This document shows, one piece after another, positions 28,969 to 38,682 of a DNA stretch of 64,000 nt (positions within the stretch are counted from its first letter, which is position 1; each line of letters begins with the position of its first letter). Made by a program: the position numbers and the translations under genes. The DNA lies in contig CBDBHE010000007.1 of NCBI GenBank assembly GCA_965205605.1, forward strand, positions 576,229-640,228. Direction: 5' to 3'. The notes under the pieces were generated by a model that was not told the DNA's origin, did no database searches, and saw only the letters and a list, made by a program, of their open reading frames with translations. The DNA comes from Spirochaetota bacterium. Lineage in GTDB: Bacteria; Spirochaetota; UBA12135; COTS27; CBDBHE01.

Positions 28969-29778
28969 TTATTTTATTTTTTCCAAAGCCATAAAAAGGC
29001 TTCCTTCTAATTTAGTAAAAATATTTTTATATAGATTCTTGTTTTTTCCTGTTGTGATAAGGGTGGGGATGTGTTTTTGTATTAATCGAGCGGCTTTAAT
29101 TTTTGTTTTCATTCCACCTGTGCCAAGAGGGTTGATCGAATTTTTCAAAGATTTTTTAATTTCTTTACTCAAAGTTGTAATGATTTCAACTAAGGTTTGA
29201 TTTTTTTGCTTATAATTAATAAACACTCCTTTAACATCAGATAAGATAAGGTATAAATCAGCACTGACTAATTGAGCCGTCAAAGCACCTAAAAGATCAT
29301 TATCTCCAAATTTAAGTTCATCAGTTGCCAAGGCATCGTTTTCATTGATGATAGGTAGAATGTTAAGTTTTAATAATTTATTAATTGTTTTTTTAGCATT
29401 TAAAGACGACTTTTTTATTTCTAAAGAATCTTTAGAAAAAAGAATTTGCCCGATGGTGATTTTTTTTTTTTTAAATTCTTTTCGATAAAGATTCATTAAA
29501 GTCACTTGTCCAATGCTTGCCATTGCTTGTCTTAAAGTAAGATCTTCTTGAGCTTGTTTTTCTGTGGTGAGGATTTGTTCATAAGCCATTGCCACCGCTC
29601 CAGACGAAACTAAAATGACTTCAATATTTTTTTTTCTCAATTGGCTGATTAGTTTAATATAAGGATGGAGTGTTTTTTGATTGACTGATTTGCCATTAGT
29701 TAAAAGAGTGCTGCCTATTTTAATGACGATACGCTTTAAGTTTTCTAAGTGTTGTTGTTTAAGTATTTTTTCTTTCAT
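28969..29778 (-). CDS. proB: Glutamate 5-kinase (no PUA domain)
   Basis: IVIKIGSTLLT, VSSGAVA, INENDALATDELKFGDNDLL and GTGGMKTKIKAA. Confidence 0.92.
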   Translation of the reverse strand: MKEKILKQQHLENLKRIVIKIGSTLLTNGKSVNQKTLHPYIKLISQLRKKNIEVILVSSGAVAMAYEQILTTEKQAQEDLTLRQAMASIGQVTLMNLYRKEFKKKKITIGQILFSKDSLEIKKSSLNAKKTINKLLKLNILPIINENDALATDELKFGDNDLLGALTAQLVSADLYLILSDVKGVFINYKQKNQTLVEIITTLSKEIKKSLKNSINPLGTGGMKTKIKAARLIQKHIPTLITTGKNKNLYKNIFTKLEGSLFMALEKIK

Positions 29779-29875
29779 TTTTTAATACAGTAAAATTTGT
29801 TGGATTGATAAGAGCTATGTTAACATTGGAATTTAGTTTCTTTTTATAGAATAAAAATATTTTTAGAGAAAAATA

Positions 29876-30631
29876 ATGAAAACTCTTTCAATTGTAATCC
29901 CCGTTTATAAAGGGGAGGATTATATTAAAAAAAATCTTCTCGTTTATCAAGATCAACTTAAACGATTAAAAAAAAAAAATCAAATTAATCAGTTTGAAAT
30001 CATTGTTATTATTGATGGAGAAGTAGACAACAGTCATCTTTTAACCAAAACGATGAAAGGGATTAAACTGTATTCTTATCAAAAAAATCGAGGAAAAGGA
30101 TATGCTTTAAGATATGGCTTTTCTAAATCTTCGGGAGAATATGTTGTCTTTGTTGATTCAGGAGATGAATACAATCTTTTAAACTTAGTTCATTTTTTTT
30201 CTTATTTCCCAGGGACCGATATGGTTGTTGGTAGTAAGCGCCATCCTTTTTCTAGGATTCATTATCCGTTTCATCGTAGGGTTTTAAGCAGAGGATTTCG
30301 GTTTTTGTCAAAATTTATTTTAGGAATAAAACTCAGAGATACGCAATCAGGGTTTAAAGTTTTTAAAAGAGAAGCTTTTGAGTTGCTTTCACCTTGTTTT
30401 ACGATTGATGGATTTTGTTTTGACTTAGAGTTTTGTTTTTTAGCTCAAAAATATGGCTTTCAAATTAGTGAAGCTCCCGTAAAGCTTCTTTTTGGTAAAA
30501 AAAGTACGATTTATTTTTCATCTATTTTTAAGATGTTTTTTGATATTTTTAAAATAAGGTATCAATTTTCTATTAAGGGTTTTTATCAAAAAAAATTCAA
30601 ATCTTTTCATTTTGACTCTTCTTTAAAATAA
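29876..30631 (+). CDS. Family 2 glycosyltransferase (polyprenol-phosphate sugar transferase-like)
   Basis: LSIVIPVYKGEDYI, IIDGEVDNS and VFVDSGDEY (DxD-like). Confidence 0.8.
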   Translation: MKTLSIVIPVYKGEDYIKKNLLVYQDQLKRLKKKNQINQFEIIVIIDGEVDNSHLLTKTMKGIKLYSYQKNRGKGYALRYGFSKSSGEYVVFVDSGDEYNLLNLVHFFSYFPGTDMVVGSKRHPFSRIHYPFHRRVLSRGFRFLSKFILGIKLRDTQSGFKVFKREAFELLSPCFTIDGFCFDLEFCFLAQKYGFQISEAPVKLLFGKKSTIYFSSIFKMFFDIFKIRYQFSIKGFYQKKFKSFHFDSSLK

Positions 30632-30641
30632 ACAACAAACC

Positions 30642-32039
30642 GTGATTTCTTTTTATATTAAAAATCTAGGTTGTAAAGTCAATCAAATCGAAATGGAACA
30701 ACTTACCAGTGAGCTTTCTCATAAAGGATTTGTTTTTAATCCAGATTTTAATAAAGCAGATGTTGCCATTATTAATACGTGCACGGTCACTAAAAAAGCA
30801 GATCGAAAATCACTTTCGGCTATTCGTTTTTTTGATAAAATGGAAAAAATTCAATATCTTTTTGTGATGGGGTGTTATTCAGAGCTTGAAAAAGATTTAA
30901 ATCAAAAAGTTAAAGGGCTCACCAAAATCATTCCCCAAAGTCAAAAACTAAAAGCAGCCACCATTATTGAACAAATTATTAAAAAAAAAACACCTACTTA
31001 CCTTCAAACCCTTTCGCCTCAAACTTCTTTTAAAGAAGAAAAATGGAACGTCTATCAGCAATCTAAAAATTCTCCCCAAGCGCTTAAAAATCTTCAAACT
31101 AATTTTTTTAATCATCAAAGAGCTTTTATTAAAATCCAAGATGGTTGTAATTTTTTTTGTTCTTTTTGCCGCATTCCTTTTGCGAGAGGAGCACCTGTTT
31201 CTAGAGCTTATGAGGATATTTTAAATCAAGTTAGCCATTTAGTTGATAAAAATGTGGGTGAAATTGTTATTAGTGGGATTAACCTTGGAACGTATTCTCA
31301 AAAAAACATTCGATTTGGAGATTTGATTAAAACCATCTTGAATCGTTCTAAAAAAACACTGATTCGTATTTCGTCTATCGAGCCTAATTCGATTGATGAA
31401 ACCTTTCTCTCTCTTTTAGATCATCCCAATCTTTCTCCTCACATTCATCTCCCTCTTCAGGGGACTTGTAATGATATTTTAAAACAAATGAATCGGCGTT
31501 ATACCCTTCATGATTTTTATACGCTTTTAAAACATTTTTATAAAGCCAATCGATATTTTGCCGTTTCGACTGATATCATTACTGGTTTTCCTACAGAAAC
31601 TGAAGCAGCTTTTGAAAAAGGACTTGATTTTATTAGGAAATGTCGATTTTCAAAGTTACATGTGTTTCCTTATTCTCCTAGGGGCTACACGGTTTCAGCT
31701 AGAAAGTATTCGGATCTTCCCAAGCAAGAAAAAAAAAAGCGAGTGCGAACCCTTTTAGATCTTTCTAAGCGGTTGGAAAAAAATTATTTAAAGAAAATGA
31801 TGGGTAAAAAACAGCGTTTTATTTTAGAAAAAAAAGTTTTACCTTCGTCATTTAACACAGAAAAAAAAGATCGTTTTTTAAGGAAAGTTTTATCAAAAAA
31901 TTATCAATATTATCAAGGAACTTCAGAATATTATATTAAGGGAACTTTTGCCATTTCAAAAGAAGAAACGGTTTTTTTGGGCCAATCGCTTGTGGGAAAG
32001 TTTTGTCAATTGATGCCGTCGCTTTTTTTAAAAAGTTAA
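30642..32039 (+). CDS. mtaB: Radical-SAM tRNA methylthiotransferase (MtaB/MiaB-like)
   Basis: The N-terminal UPF0004 domain NLGCKVNQIEME...INTCTVT. Radical SAM motif IQDGCNFFCSFCRIPFARG. GTG start. Confidence 0.85.
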   Translation: MISFYIKNLGCKVNQIEMEQLTSELSHKGFVFNPDFNKADVAIINTCTVTKKADRKSLSAIRFFDKMEKIQYLFVMGCYSELEKDLNQKVKGLTKIIPQSQKLKAATIIEQIIKKKTPTYLQTLSPQTSFKEEKWNVYQQSKNSPQALKNLQTNFFNHQRAFIKIQDGCNFFCSFCRIPFARGAPVSRAYEDILNQVSHLVDKNVGEIVISGINLGTYSQKNIRFGDLIKTILNRSKKTLIRISSIEPNSIDETFLSLLDHPNLSPHIHLPLQGTCNDILKQMNRRYTLHDFYTLLKHFYKANRYFAVSTDIITGFPTETEAAFEKGLDFIRKCRFSKLHVFPYSPRGYTVSARKYSDLPKQEKKKRVRTLLDLSKRLEKNYLKKMMGKKQRFILEKKVLPSSFNTEKKDRFLRKVLSKNYQYYQGTSEYYIKGTFAISKEETVFLGQSLVGKFCQLMPSLFLKS

Positions 32040-32058
32040 AATCAACTAAATCATTTTT

Positions 32059-32958
32059 TTAATTGGACCTGCTAATAATGAGCTCTGCCAAGTTTTTTAA
32101 ATAGAAACTATTTCGTTTTAAAGGACTTAATGTTTCGATTTGAGTTAAATTTTTTTTCGCTTCTAAAATAAGTTTTTGAGTATATTTTTTACTCTTACTA
32201 AGACCTAAAAGAGTCACAAAAGTTGATTTATTTTTTTTAAAATCTGAAAATTTTTTTTTTCCAATTTTTTTTTCATTGCCTTCAACATCGAGAATATCAT
32301 CGGTGATTTGAAAAGCAAGACCGATATTATTGGCATAGCGTTTTAAAAGATTTTCCAATTTTTTTTTTTCTTGAGTTAAAAAAAAAGGAAGTAAAACACT
32401 TGCTCTTAAAAGAGAAGTTGTTTTAAGATCATAAATAGTTTGAAGCATTTTTTTTGAATTTTTTTTTCCTTCTGTTTTTAAATCAATTTCCTGACCTCCT
32501 ATCACCCCATCTGTTCCACATGCAATCGCTAAAAAATGAATTATTTTTCCAACCTTTGAGTTTGTTATCTCACTTAAAAGTTCAAATGCTTTTGTTTGTA
32601 GAGCATCTCCGGCTAAAATAGCGGTTGCTTCTCCGTATTGTTTATGACAACTAGGCTGCCGCCTTCTCATATCGTCATCGTCCATCGCTGGTAAATCATC
32701 GTGAATGAGCGTGTAAGTGTGGATGAGCTCTAAAGAAAGAGCCACTAGTAAAGTATCTCCATGATGGTTTGTGTTAAACTCATTTCTTAAAAAATCATCA
32801 ATCATTAGAGCTAGTACAGGTCTAAAGCGTTTGCCTTCAGCAAGGAGTGAGTAATTTATGGCTTCATTGAGTTGACCAAAGCCTTTTGGTTTTAAAAGTT
32901 TTTTTAATTTTTTTTCAATTAAGCTTTTTTTTTGTTTGTAATAAAGATCAAAGTTCAT
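32059..32958 (-). CDS. ispA: Polyprenyl (farnesyl/geranylgeranyl) diphosphate synthase
   Basis: First Asp-rich motif LIHDDLPAMDDDDMRRRQPSCH. Second motif FQITDDILD. Confidence 0.9.
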   Translation of the reverse strand: MNFDLYYKQKKSLIEKKLKKLLKPKGFGQLNEAINYSLLAEGKRFRPVLALMIDDFLRNEFNTNHHGDTLLVALSLELIHTYTLIHDDLPAMDDDDMRRRQPSCHKQYGEATAILAGDALQTKAFELLSEITNSKVGKIIHFLAIACGTDGVIGGQEIDLKTEGKKNSKKMLQTIYDLKTTSLLRASVLLPFFLTQEKKKLENLLKRYANNIGLAFQITDDILDVEGNEKKIGKKKFSDFKKNKSTFVTLLGLSKSKKYTQKLILEAKKNLTQIETLSPLKRNSFYLKNLAELIISRSN

Positions 32959-34253
32959 TGGTTTCGGATATCAAGAGCTGCTCTATGAGCACTTAATTTT
33001 TCTGCTTTGGCTAAAATCATTGCTTTAGGACTTAATGCTTGAAAAGATTTTTTTGTTTGTTCAATGATATTAATCCTTTTTAAAAAAGTGTAAGTACCAA
33101 GGGAAGAAGCAAATCGAGCTGAGCCATTAGTTGGTAAAATATGATTGGTCCCACAAATATAATCCCCAATGGGTTCAGATGAATAAGGCCCTAAAAAAAT
33201 AGCCCCTGCATTGATAATCGATTCACTGTGTTTTTTAGGATTTTTTGTCATGATTTCTAAATGTTCGGGAGCAATTTGATTGGTTATTTTTAAAGCATCT
33301 TCAATATTTTTAGTGCAAATAAGACAGCTTCTAAGCGTCAGTGAAGCCATAATTTTTTTTTTTCTTTCCAATTTTTCTACTTGAGAAATAAGACATTTTT
33401 GGACTTCTTCAGCATGGGCTTCATTTGGTGTTATTAATACAGCTAGTTCGTCTCCTGCGTGTTCACACTGAGAAATCATATCGGCGGCAACCCAACTAGC
33501 TTTAACACTTCCGTCGCTAATAACGACAATTTCACTCGGTCCAAATATCCCATCAATCATTACATCTCCAAACACTTTTTTTTTCGCTCTCGTTACATAA
33601 GCGTTCCCAGGGCCTACAATTAAATCTACTTTATTGATACATTCTGTCCCATACGCTAAAGCTCCAATTGCTTGAGCTCCTCCACATTTGTAGACTTCTT
33701 TGATGTTAAGTTGTTTTAAGGCATAAAGTAAATGAGAGTCAAGGCTAAAATTTGTTTTGGGAGGACTGACGACGACAATTTCTTTTACGTTGGCCACTTT
33801 AGCAGGAATCGCACTCATTAAAAGTGAAGAAATTAAAGGAGTGTTGCCTCCCCCTCCCCCAGGAACATAAATACCAACTCTCTTAAGGGGGACTATTTTT
33901 TGTTTTAAAATGTCTTTATGTTTTCCTATAAGAGTAATGTCTTTTAAAAGTTGTTTTTTGTGAAAGACCGTAATATTATTAATGGCTGTTTCAATGGCTT
34001 CTTCAAAGCTTTTTTTAATAATTTTTTTAGAAAAAAAAAACTCTTTTTTTGAAACAAGAATATTTTTTTTTGTGATAGTTACTTTGTCATATTTTTTAAT
34101 ATAAGCAAATAAAGCTTTTTTTTTTTTTTTTTTAAGGGTTTCGATAATACAATTTACTTTTTTATCGATAGATTTAAAATGAATGGAAGGGGGGATGATT
34201 CTTTTAAAGATTTCTTTTTGTTGCTTTGGAAAATGAAATATTGGAATAAACAT
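32955..34253 (-). CDS. hisD: Histidinol dehydrogenase
   Basis: GIYVPGGGGGNTPLISSLLMSAIPAKVA, SQCEHAGD, APEHLEI, GTNHILPT and SSLGTYTF. Confidence 0.92.
   Translation of the reverse strand: MFIPIFHFPKQQKEIFKRIIPPSIHFKSIDKKVNCIIETLKKKKKKALFAYIKKYDKVTITKKNILVSKKEFFFSKKIIKKSFEEAIETAINNITVFHKKQLLKDITLIGKHKDILKQKIVPLKRVGIYVPGGGGGNTPLISSLLMSAIPAKVANVKEIVVVSPPKTNFSLDSHLLYALKQLNIKEVYKCGGAQAIGALAYGTECINKVDLIVGPGNAYVTRAKKKVFGDVMIDGIFGPSEIVVISDGSVKASWVAADMISQCEHAGDELAVLITPNEAHAEEVQKCLISQVEKLERKKKIMASLTLRSCLICTKNIEDALKITNQIAPEHLEIMTKNPKKHSESIINAGAIFLGPYSSEPIGDYICGTNHILPTNGSARFASSLGTYTFLKRINIIEQTKKSFQALSPKAMILAKAEKLSAHRAALDIRNQ
34116..34133. repeat. T18 (A18 on the coding strand) homopolymer inside hisD, encoding KKKKKK
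   Basis: Counted directly as t at 34116..34133. It corresponds to ETLKKKKKKALFAY near codon 40 of hisD. Confidence 0.95.
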
Positions 34254-34258
34254 TTTAA

Positions 34259-35362
34259 CTAACTTTGGGTTTTAAAAATACAAATATCTCCGTCTTGAAG
34301 AAGATATTTTCTTCCTTCGACTCTTATTTTTCCATTTTCCCTACATTTAATGTAAGACTTTAAAGTATGAAAATCTTGATAAGAAACGATTTCTGCTTTG
34401 ATGAATTTTTTTTCAAAACTCGAATGAATCACACTAGCCGCTTTAGGAGCAGGCGTATTTTTTTTTACCGTCCAAGCTCTACTTTCTTTTTCTCCTGTGG
34501 TTAAAAATGTAACAAGGTCTAAAATTTCATAACTTTTTTTGATCAACTGCTTTAAGCCGCTTTCTTTCATGGCATATATTTGTAAAAACTCTTCTTTCTC
34601 TACTTTGTTTTCAATTTCTGAAAACTCCTTTTCTAATTGAACAAATAGCACTAAAAGTTTAAATTTATTTGTTTTACAGTAATCTTTTAATTTTTGATAA
34701 GCTTCGTTTTTTGAATAAGTATTCATTTCTCTTTCATCAATATTACAGATAATAAGCATGGGTTTGCTTGTTAGTAAATTGAGCTCTTTGATGAGTTTTT
34801 TTTCTTCAGAATTAAGGTTAATTTTGGATAAAAGAGACTCGGCTTCTAATGTTTTTTTCAATCGATCAAGGATTGTTTTTTTTTCAAGGTCATCAGAAGT
34901 GGCTTTTCCTCTTATTTTTTTTTGAATGGCTTGAAGGTGTTTTTCAATTAAACTTAAATCAGAAAAAATAAGCTCTAAATGAATGGTTTCAATATCTTCG
35001 TTTGGATTAAGGGTGCCTTTTTTGGTGATATTGGGATTTTCAAAAAGTCTTACAACATGAATAATGGCGTCACATTCTCGTATATTGCTTAAAAATTGAT
35101 TCCCTAGTCCTTCCCCTTCACTGGCTCCTTTTATGAGCCCTGCAATATCAACAAACTCAACCGTTGTGTAAAGAGTTTTTTCACTTTTACTGATTTGACT
35201 TAATGTGTCTACTCTTTCATCAGGAACATTCACAATGCCATAATTGGGATCTATGGTGCAAAAAGGATAGTTAGAGGCTTCTACGTTTAATTTGGTGAGA
35301 GCATTAAAAAGGGTTGATTTTCCTACATTGGGAAGGCCAACAATACCACAAGAAAATCCCAT
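34259..35362 (-). CDS. ychF: Ribosome-binding ATPase YchF
   Basis: GIVGLPNVGKSTLFNALT, FCTIDPN, VDIAGLIKGAS and a C-terminal TGS-like domain. Confidence 0.95.
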   Translation of the reverse strand: MGFSCGIVGLPNVGKSTLFNALTKLNVEASNYPFCTIDPNYGIVNVPDERVDTLSQISKSEKTLYTTVEFVDIAGLIKGASEGEGLGNQFLSNIRECDAIIHVVRLFENPNITKKGTLNPNEDIETIHLELIFSDLSLIEKHLQAIQKKIRGKATSDDLEKKTILDRLKKTLEAESLLSKINLNSEEKKLIKELNLLTSKPMLIICNIDEREMNTYSKNEAYQKLKDYCKTNKFKLLVLFVQLEKEFSEIENKVEKEEFLQIYAMKESGLKQLIKKSYEILDLVTFLTTGEKESRAWTVKKNTPAPKAASVIHSSFEKKFIKAEIVSYQDFHTLKSYIKCRENGKIRVEGRKYLLQDGDICIFKTQS

Positions 35363-35393
35363 CGTAAGTTTGTAAATAGCTGATTTTAGTTTT

Positions 35394-35603
35394 TTATAAG
35401 TATTGAAAATATTTTCTTTTTTTCTCTTTACGCTTTATTCTTTTTTCAAGCTTCGCAGACTCAATTTTTCTTTTCGTTGCTGGCTTAATATGGTATTGCC
35501 GTTCTTTAAGTTCTCTTAAAATATTTTCTTTTTCAACTTCTTTTCTAAAGCGTTTAATCGATATTTCTATATGTTCTTCTTCTTTTACGTAAATCGTTGC
35601 CAA
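35394..35603 (-). CDS. rpsU: 30S ribosomal protein S21
   Basis: 69 aa and basic. IEISIKRFRKEVEKENILRELKERQYHIKPATKRK. Confidence 0.9.
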   Translation of the reverse strand: MATIYVKEEEHIEISIKRFRKEVEKENILRELKERQYHIKPATKRKIESAKLEKRIKRKEKKRKYFQYL

Positions 35604-35735
35604 TGGTTTCTCTTTTATAGTGGGATAAAATTAAATGATTAGTTTAATCTAGCATTGGTAATAAAATAAGTCAACATTACTTTCTTATGATTTTCTTTAT
35701 TCTTTTGTTGCAACAGATTTTATTTAACCCCTTTA

Positions 35736-35768
35736 ATACAAAGAAAATACAAAGAAAATACAAAAAAA
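35736..35768. repeat. Short tandem 11-mer ATACAAAGAAA x2 plus one degenerate unit
   Basis: Units at 35736..35746 and 35747..35757 are identical. The unit at 35758..35768 differs at one base. Located in the rpsU/rsmH divergent intergenic region. Confidence 0.8.
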
Positions 35769-35937
35769 AAATAAAGAAGAAAAATCTAAAGCAATGAAAC
35801 CATGTCATCATGAGATAAAGAAAAAAATAAAGCTTTTTTATGATTAAAAAAAATCAAATCAAACTCACTTTTTCTAATTTTTATGGAAATAAAGTCAAAT
35901 TTTTTATCATAAAAAATATTTAGGTGTTCTTATATTT

Positions 35938-36846
35938 ATGTGTGTTCATCAACCTGTTTTTTTAAATTTCATCCGTGACCATTTGATAAAAAAAACCGAT
36001 CAATATTTTGTAGATGCCACTTTAGGAGAAGGGGGACATTCAGAATGTTTTTTATCCCTTCAAAAAAAAGTTATTGCTTTTGAAAGAGATCCTATTATTT
36101 TACACCATGCTCAAAAACGACTGTTGCCTTATAACAAAGCAATTCATTATTATGGTTGTAATTTTTCTAATATGAAAACAGTTTTAGAAAAAGAAAAAAA
36201 AAAAATTGATTTTGCTTTATTTGATTTGGGCATTTCGATGTTTCATTACAAAAAAAGTGAAAGGGGGTTTAGTTTTTTAAAAGACGAAGCTTTAGATATG
36301 CGTTTAAATCCTAGTCTTAAAAAAACAGCCAGCGATTTGATTAATACTTCTTCTAAAGAAGCCCTTGGAGATATTTTTTATAAGTATGGAGAAGAAACCC
36401 GTTCAAAACAAATTGCCGCACATTTAGTCAAATTAAGAAGAAAAACCCCTATCAAAACAACCTTGCAATTAGCTCAAGCAATTTGTTACTTAATCCCAAA
36501 AAAAACAAAAACTCACCCTGCAACTAAAGTCTTTCAAGCTTTGCGTATTAAGGTCAATGAAGAGCTTTCTTTTATTGAACAATCCCTTTATCAAATTTTA
36601 GATTTCTTATCAATAGGGGCTAGACTTGTCGTTATTTCTTATCATTCTTTAGAAGACCGCATTGTTAAAAATGTTTTTAAAGCTTTATTAAAATCTCCCG
36701 TTAATGAAAATAAATATCGGTCTGTAAAAAAAAAAAATATTTATTATGAATTATTTTTTAAAAAGCCAGTACAAGCTTCTTTACAAGAAAGAAAACAAAA
36801 CCCTTCTTCAAGAAGCGCTAAAATGAGAGTTTTACTTAAAGTTTAA
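35938..36846 (+). CDS. rsmH: 16S rRNA (cytosine1402-N4)-methyltransferase
   Basis: HQPVFL, DATLGEGGHS, DLGISMFH and ISYHSLEDRIVK. Confidence 0.93.
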   Translation: MCVHQPVFLNFIRDHLIKKTDQYFVDATLGEGGHSECFLSLQKKVIAFERDPIILHHAQKRLLPYNKAIHYYGCNFSNMKTVLEKEKKKIDFALFDLGISMFHYKKSERGFSFLKDEALDMRLNPSLKKTASDLINTSSKEALGDIFYKYGEETRSKQIAAHLVKLRRKTPIKTTLQLAQAICYLIPKKTKTHPATKVFQALRIKVNEELSFIEQSLYQILDFLSIGARLVVISYHSLEDRIVKNVFKALLKSPVNENKYRSVKKKNIYYELFFKKPVQASLQERKQNPSSRSAKMRVLLKV

Positions 36847-36881
36847 GTTATTTTAATTTTATTAAAACAAGGAAGTTTTTT

Positions 36882-37196
36882 ATGACTAAATGGAATTATA
36901 AATTAATCTTTTTTTGTCTTCTTTTTGTTTGGTCTTTATTTTTTACACTTTCAGTCCATCAAAAAATAAAGTCTCAAAATCTACTAGGTAAAATCGCTGA
37001 ACTAAAAAAAAAAATAGAAGGGTATCATTCTGAAAATAGTCATTTAAAATACCAATTTTATAAAAAAGAGTCTTTTTATGAACAAGCTTTGAAACAACAA
37101 GTTAAAAATTACAAGAAAATTAAAGTGAATCATATCCCTGTGGTTCGTTTTGATCATGCCAAAAAAGATGTCTTACAACCTCAAAGGGACCATTGA
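36882..37196 (+). CDS. ftsL: FtsL-like cell division protein (single TM plus coiled coil)
   Basis: Position between rsmH and murE. TM segment LIFFCLLFVWSLFFTLSV followed by a coiled-coil-like segment. No sequence-specific motif, so the call is mostly positional. Confidence 0.6.
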   Translation: MTKWNYKLIFFCLLFVWSLFFTLSVHQKIKSQNLLGKIAELKKKIEGYHSENSHLKYQFYKKESFYEQALKQQVKNYKKIKVNHIPVVRFDHAKKDVLQPQRDH

Positions 37197-38682
37197 TTTT
37201 TTATTAAAACAAGGAGCTGAAAACTCACCTGTTCTTTTTAAAAAATTAAAAACCATTGAACATTTTTATCAGCATTCTAAGCAAGCTACTTCCAAAGGTG
37301 CTTTTATTGCTGTAAAGGGAGAAAAAACAGATGGCCATCATTATGTCCAAAGTCTTTTAAAAACATGCCCACTGATTTTTGTCGATAAAACTTATCCTGT
37401 TTTAGATCATCAAAAAGACCAAATAATTCAAGTCAATGATACAAAAAATCTTTTACAGTCTTTAGGGCCCATTTTTTACAATCACCCAAGCAAGTGTCTT
37501 TTTTTAATCGGAATCACCGGTACCAATGGCAAAACAACTTGTGCTTATTTAATTGAAAATTGTTTTCTTTTACAAAACAAGCCTGTCGGTGTTATCGGCA
37601 CCATTGATGCTCATTATAAAGACATTAAACTCAAACTTCCAAATACAACTCCTAATAATTTGGATCTTAATCGACTACTTTTTGAAATGCTTTCTTTAGG
37701 TGTTAAAGTAGTTGTTATGGAAGTTTCCTCTCATGCCCTTTCGCTTAATCGAGTGAATAATTTGCATTTTGATATAGGGCTTTTTACTAATCTTAGTTTG
37801 GATCATTTGGATTTTCATCAAACCATGCAAGATTATCTACAAGCAAAACTTTCTCTTTTTTCACTTTTACATCAAAGCGAAAAATCTTTTAAAAAAGGTG
37901 TTTTTTGTCTTGATAGTTTTGAAAATAAAGAAAAAATTAAAAATCAATTACGTGCTTCTTCTTTTAATTATCCAATTTTATTTTTTTCTAAAACAAAAGG
38001 AGCGGATTACCATTATAAAATTAAAAAAACTAAAAAATACTTTTTTTCGATTTTATTTGAAGAAAAAGTACAATGCTCTTTTCCAATTAATTTTCAAATT
38101 CGTTTTAATGTTCAAAATCTAGTCGGTAGTTTATTATGTGCTTTTAAAAATTTAGAACAAGTCGCTCCTATGAAAGTTGCTAACATGTTAGAAAATTTTA
38201 GTGTTGTAGGGCGATTAGAAAAAATAACGGTTTTTAAACAAGCGAGTATTTTTATTGACTATGCTCATACACCTCATGCTTTAAAAACAGTGCTCTCTTT
38301 TTTAAAAAAAGAGTTTCCTTTTTGCCATCTTTTATGCCTTTTCGGTTGTGGAGGCAATCGAGATCCTTCAAAAAGAAAGCAAATGGGAAAGGTGGCTTCA
38401 AAATATGCTGACAAAATCTATGTAACCTCTGATAATCCTCGTTTAGAAGATCCTTTGGAAATTATTCAAATGATTGTACAAGGCATCGATGAAACAACTC
38501 CCACTGAGGTCTTTATTGATCGAAAACAAGCTATTAAACAGGCGATCTTAGATTTAACAAAAACAGATATTTTGCTCCTTGCTGGTAAAGGGCATGAAAC
38601 TTATCAAATGATTAAAAATCGTGCTATTGCTTTTAATGATAAAAAAGTAGTTTTTGAGGCAATCAATGAAATTGACCCTTGA
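37150..38682 (+). CDS. murE: UDP-N-acetylmuramoyl-L-alanyl-D-glutamate--2,6-diaminopimelate ligase
   Basis: GITGTNGKTT, MEVSSHAL, DYAHTP and GCGGNRDPSKR with DNPR (the meso-DAP-type motif). The start may be the ATG at 37156 or at 37168. Confidence 0.92.
   Translation: MIMPKKMSYNLKGTIDFLLKQGAENSPVLFKKLKTIEHFYQHSKQATSKGAFIAVKGEKTDGHHYVQSLLKTCPLIFVDKTYPVLDHQKDQIIQVNDTKNLLQSLGPIFYNHPSKCLFLIGITGTNGKTTCAYLIENCFLLQNKPVGVIGTIDAHYKDIKLKLPNTTPNNLDLNRLLFEMLSLGVKVVVMEVSSHALSLNRVNNLHFDIGLFTNLSLDHLDFHQTMQDYLQAKLSLFSLLHQSEKSFKKGVFCLDSFENKEKIKNQLRASSFNYPILFFSKTKGADYHYKIKKTKKYFFSILFEEKVQCSFPINFQIRFNVQNLVGSLLCAFKNLEQVAPMKVANMLENFSVVGRLEKITVFKQASIFIDYAHTPHALKTVLSFLKKEFPFCHLLCLFGCGGNRDPSKRKQMGKVASKYADKIYVTSDNPRLEDPLEIIQMIVQGIDETTPTEVFIDRKQAIKQAILDLTKTDILLLAGKGHETYQMIKNRAIAFNDKKVVFEAINEIDP

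Noticed and set aside
35736-35768. Tandem 11-mer ATACAAAGAAA in the rpsU/rsmH spacer, considered as a regulatory iteron or the start of a CRISPR-like array
   Set aside because: There are only about 2.9 units, it is low-complexity A-rich sequence, and there are no spacers. It is recorded as a simple repeat only.
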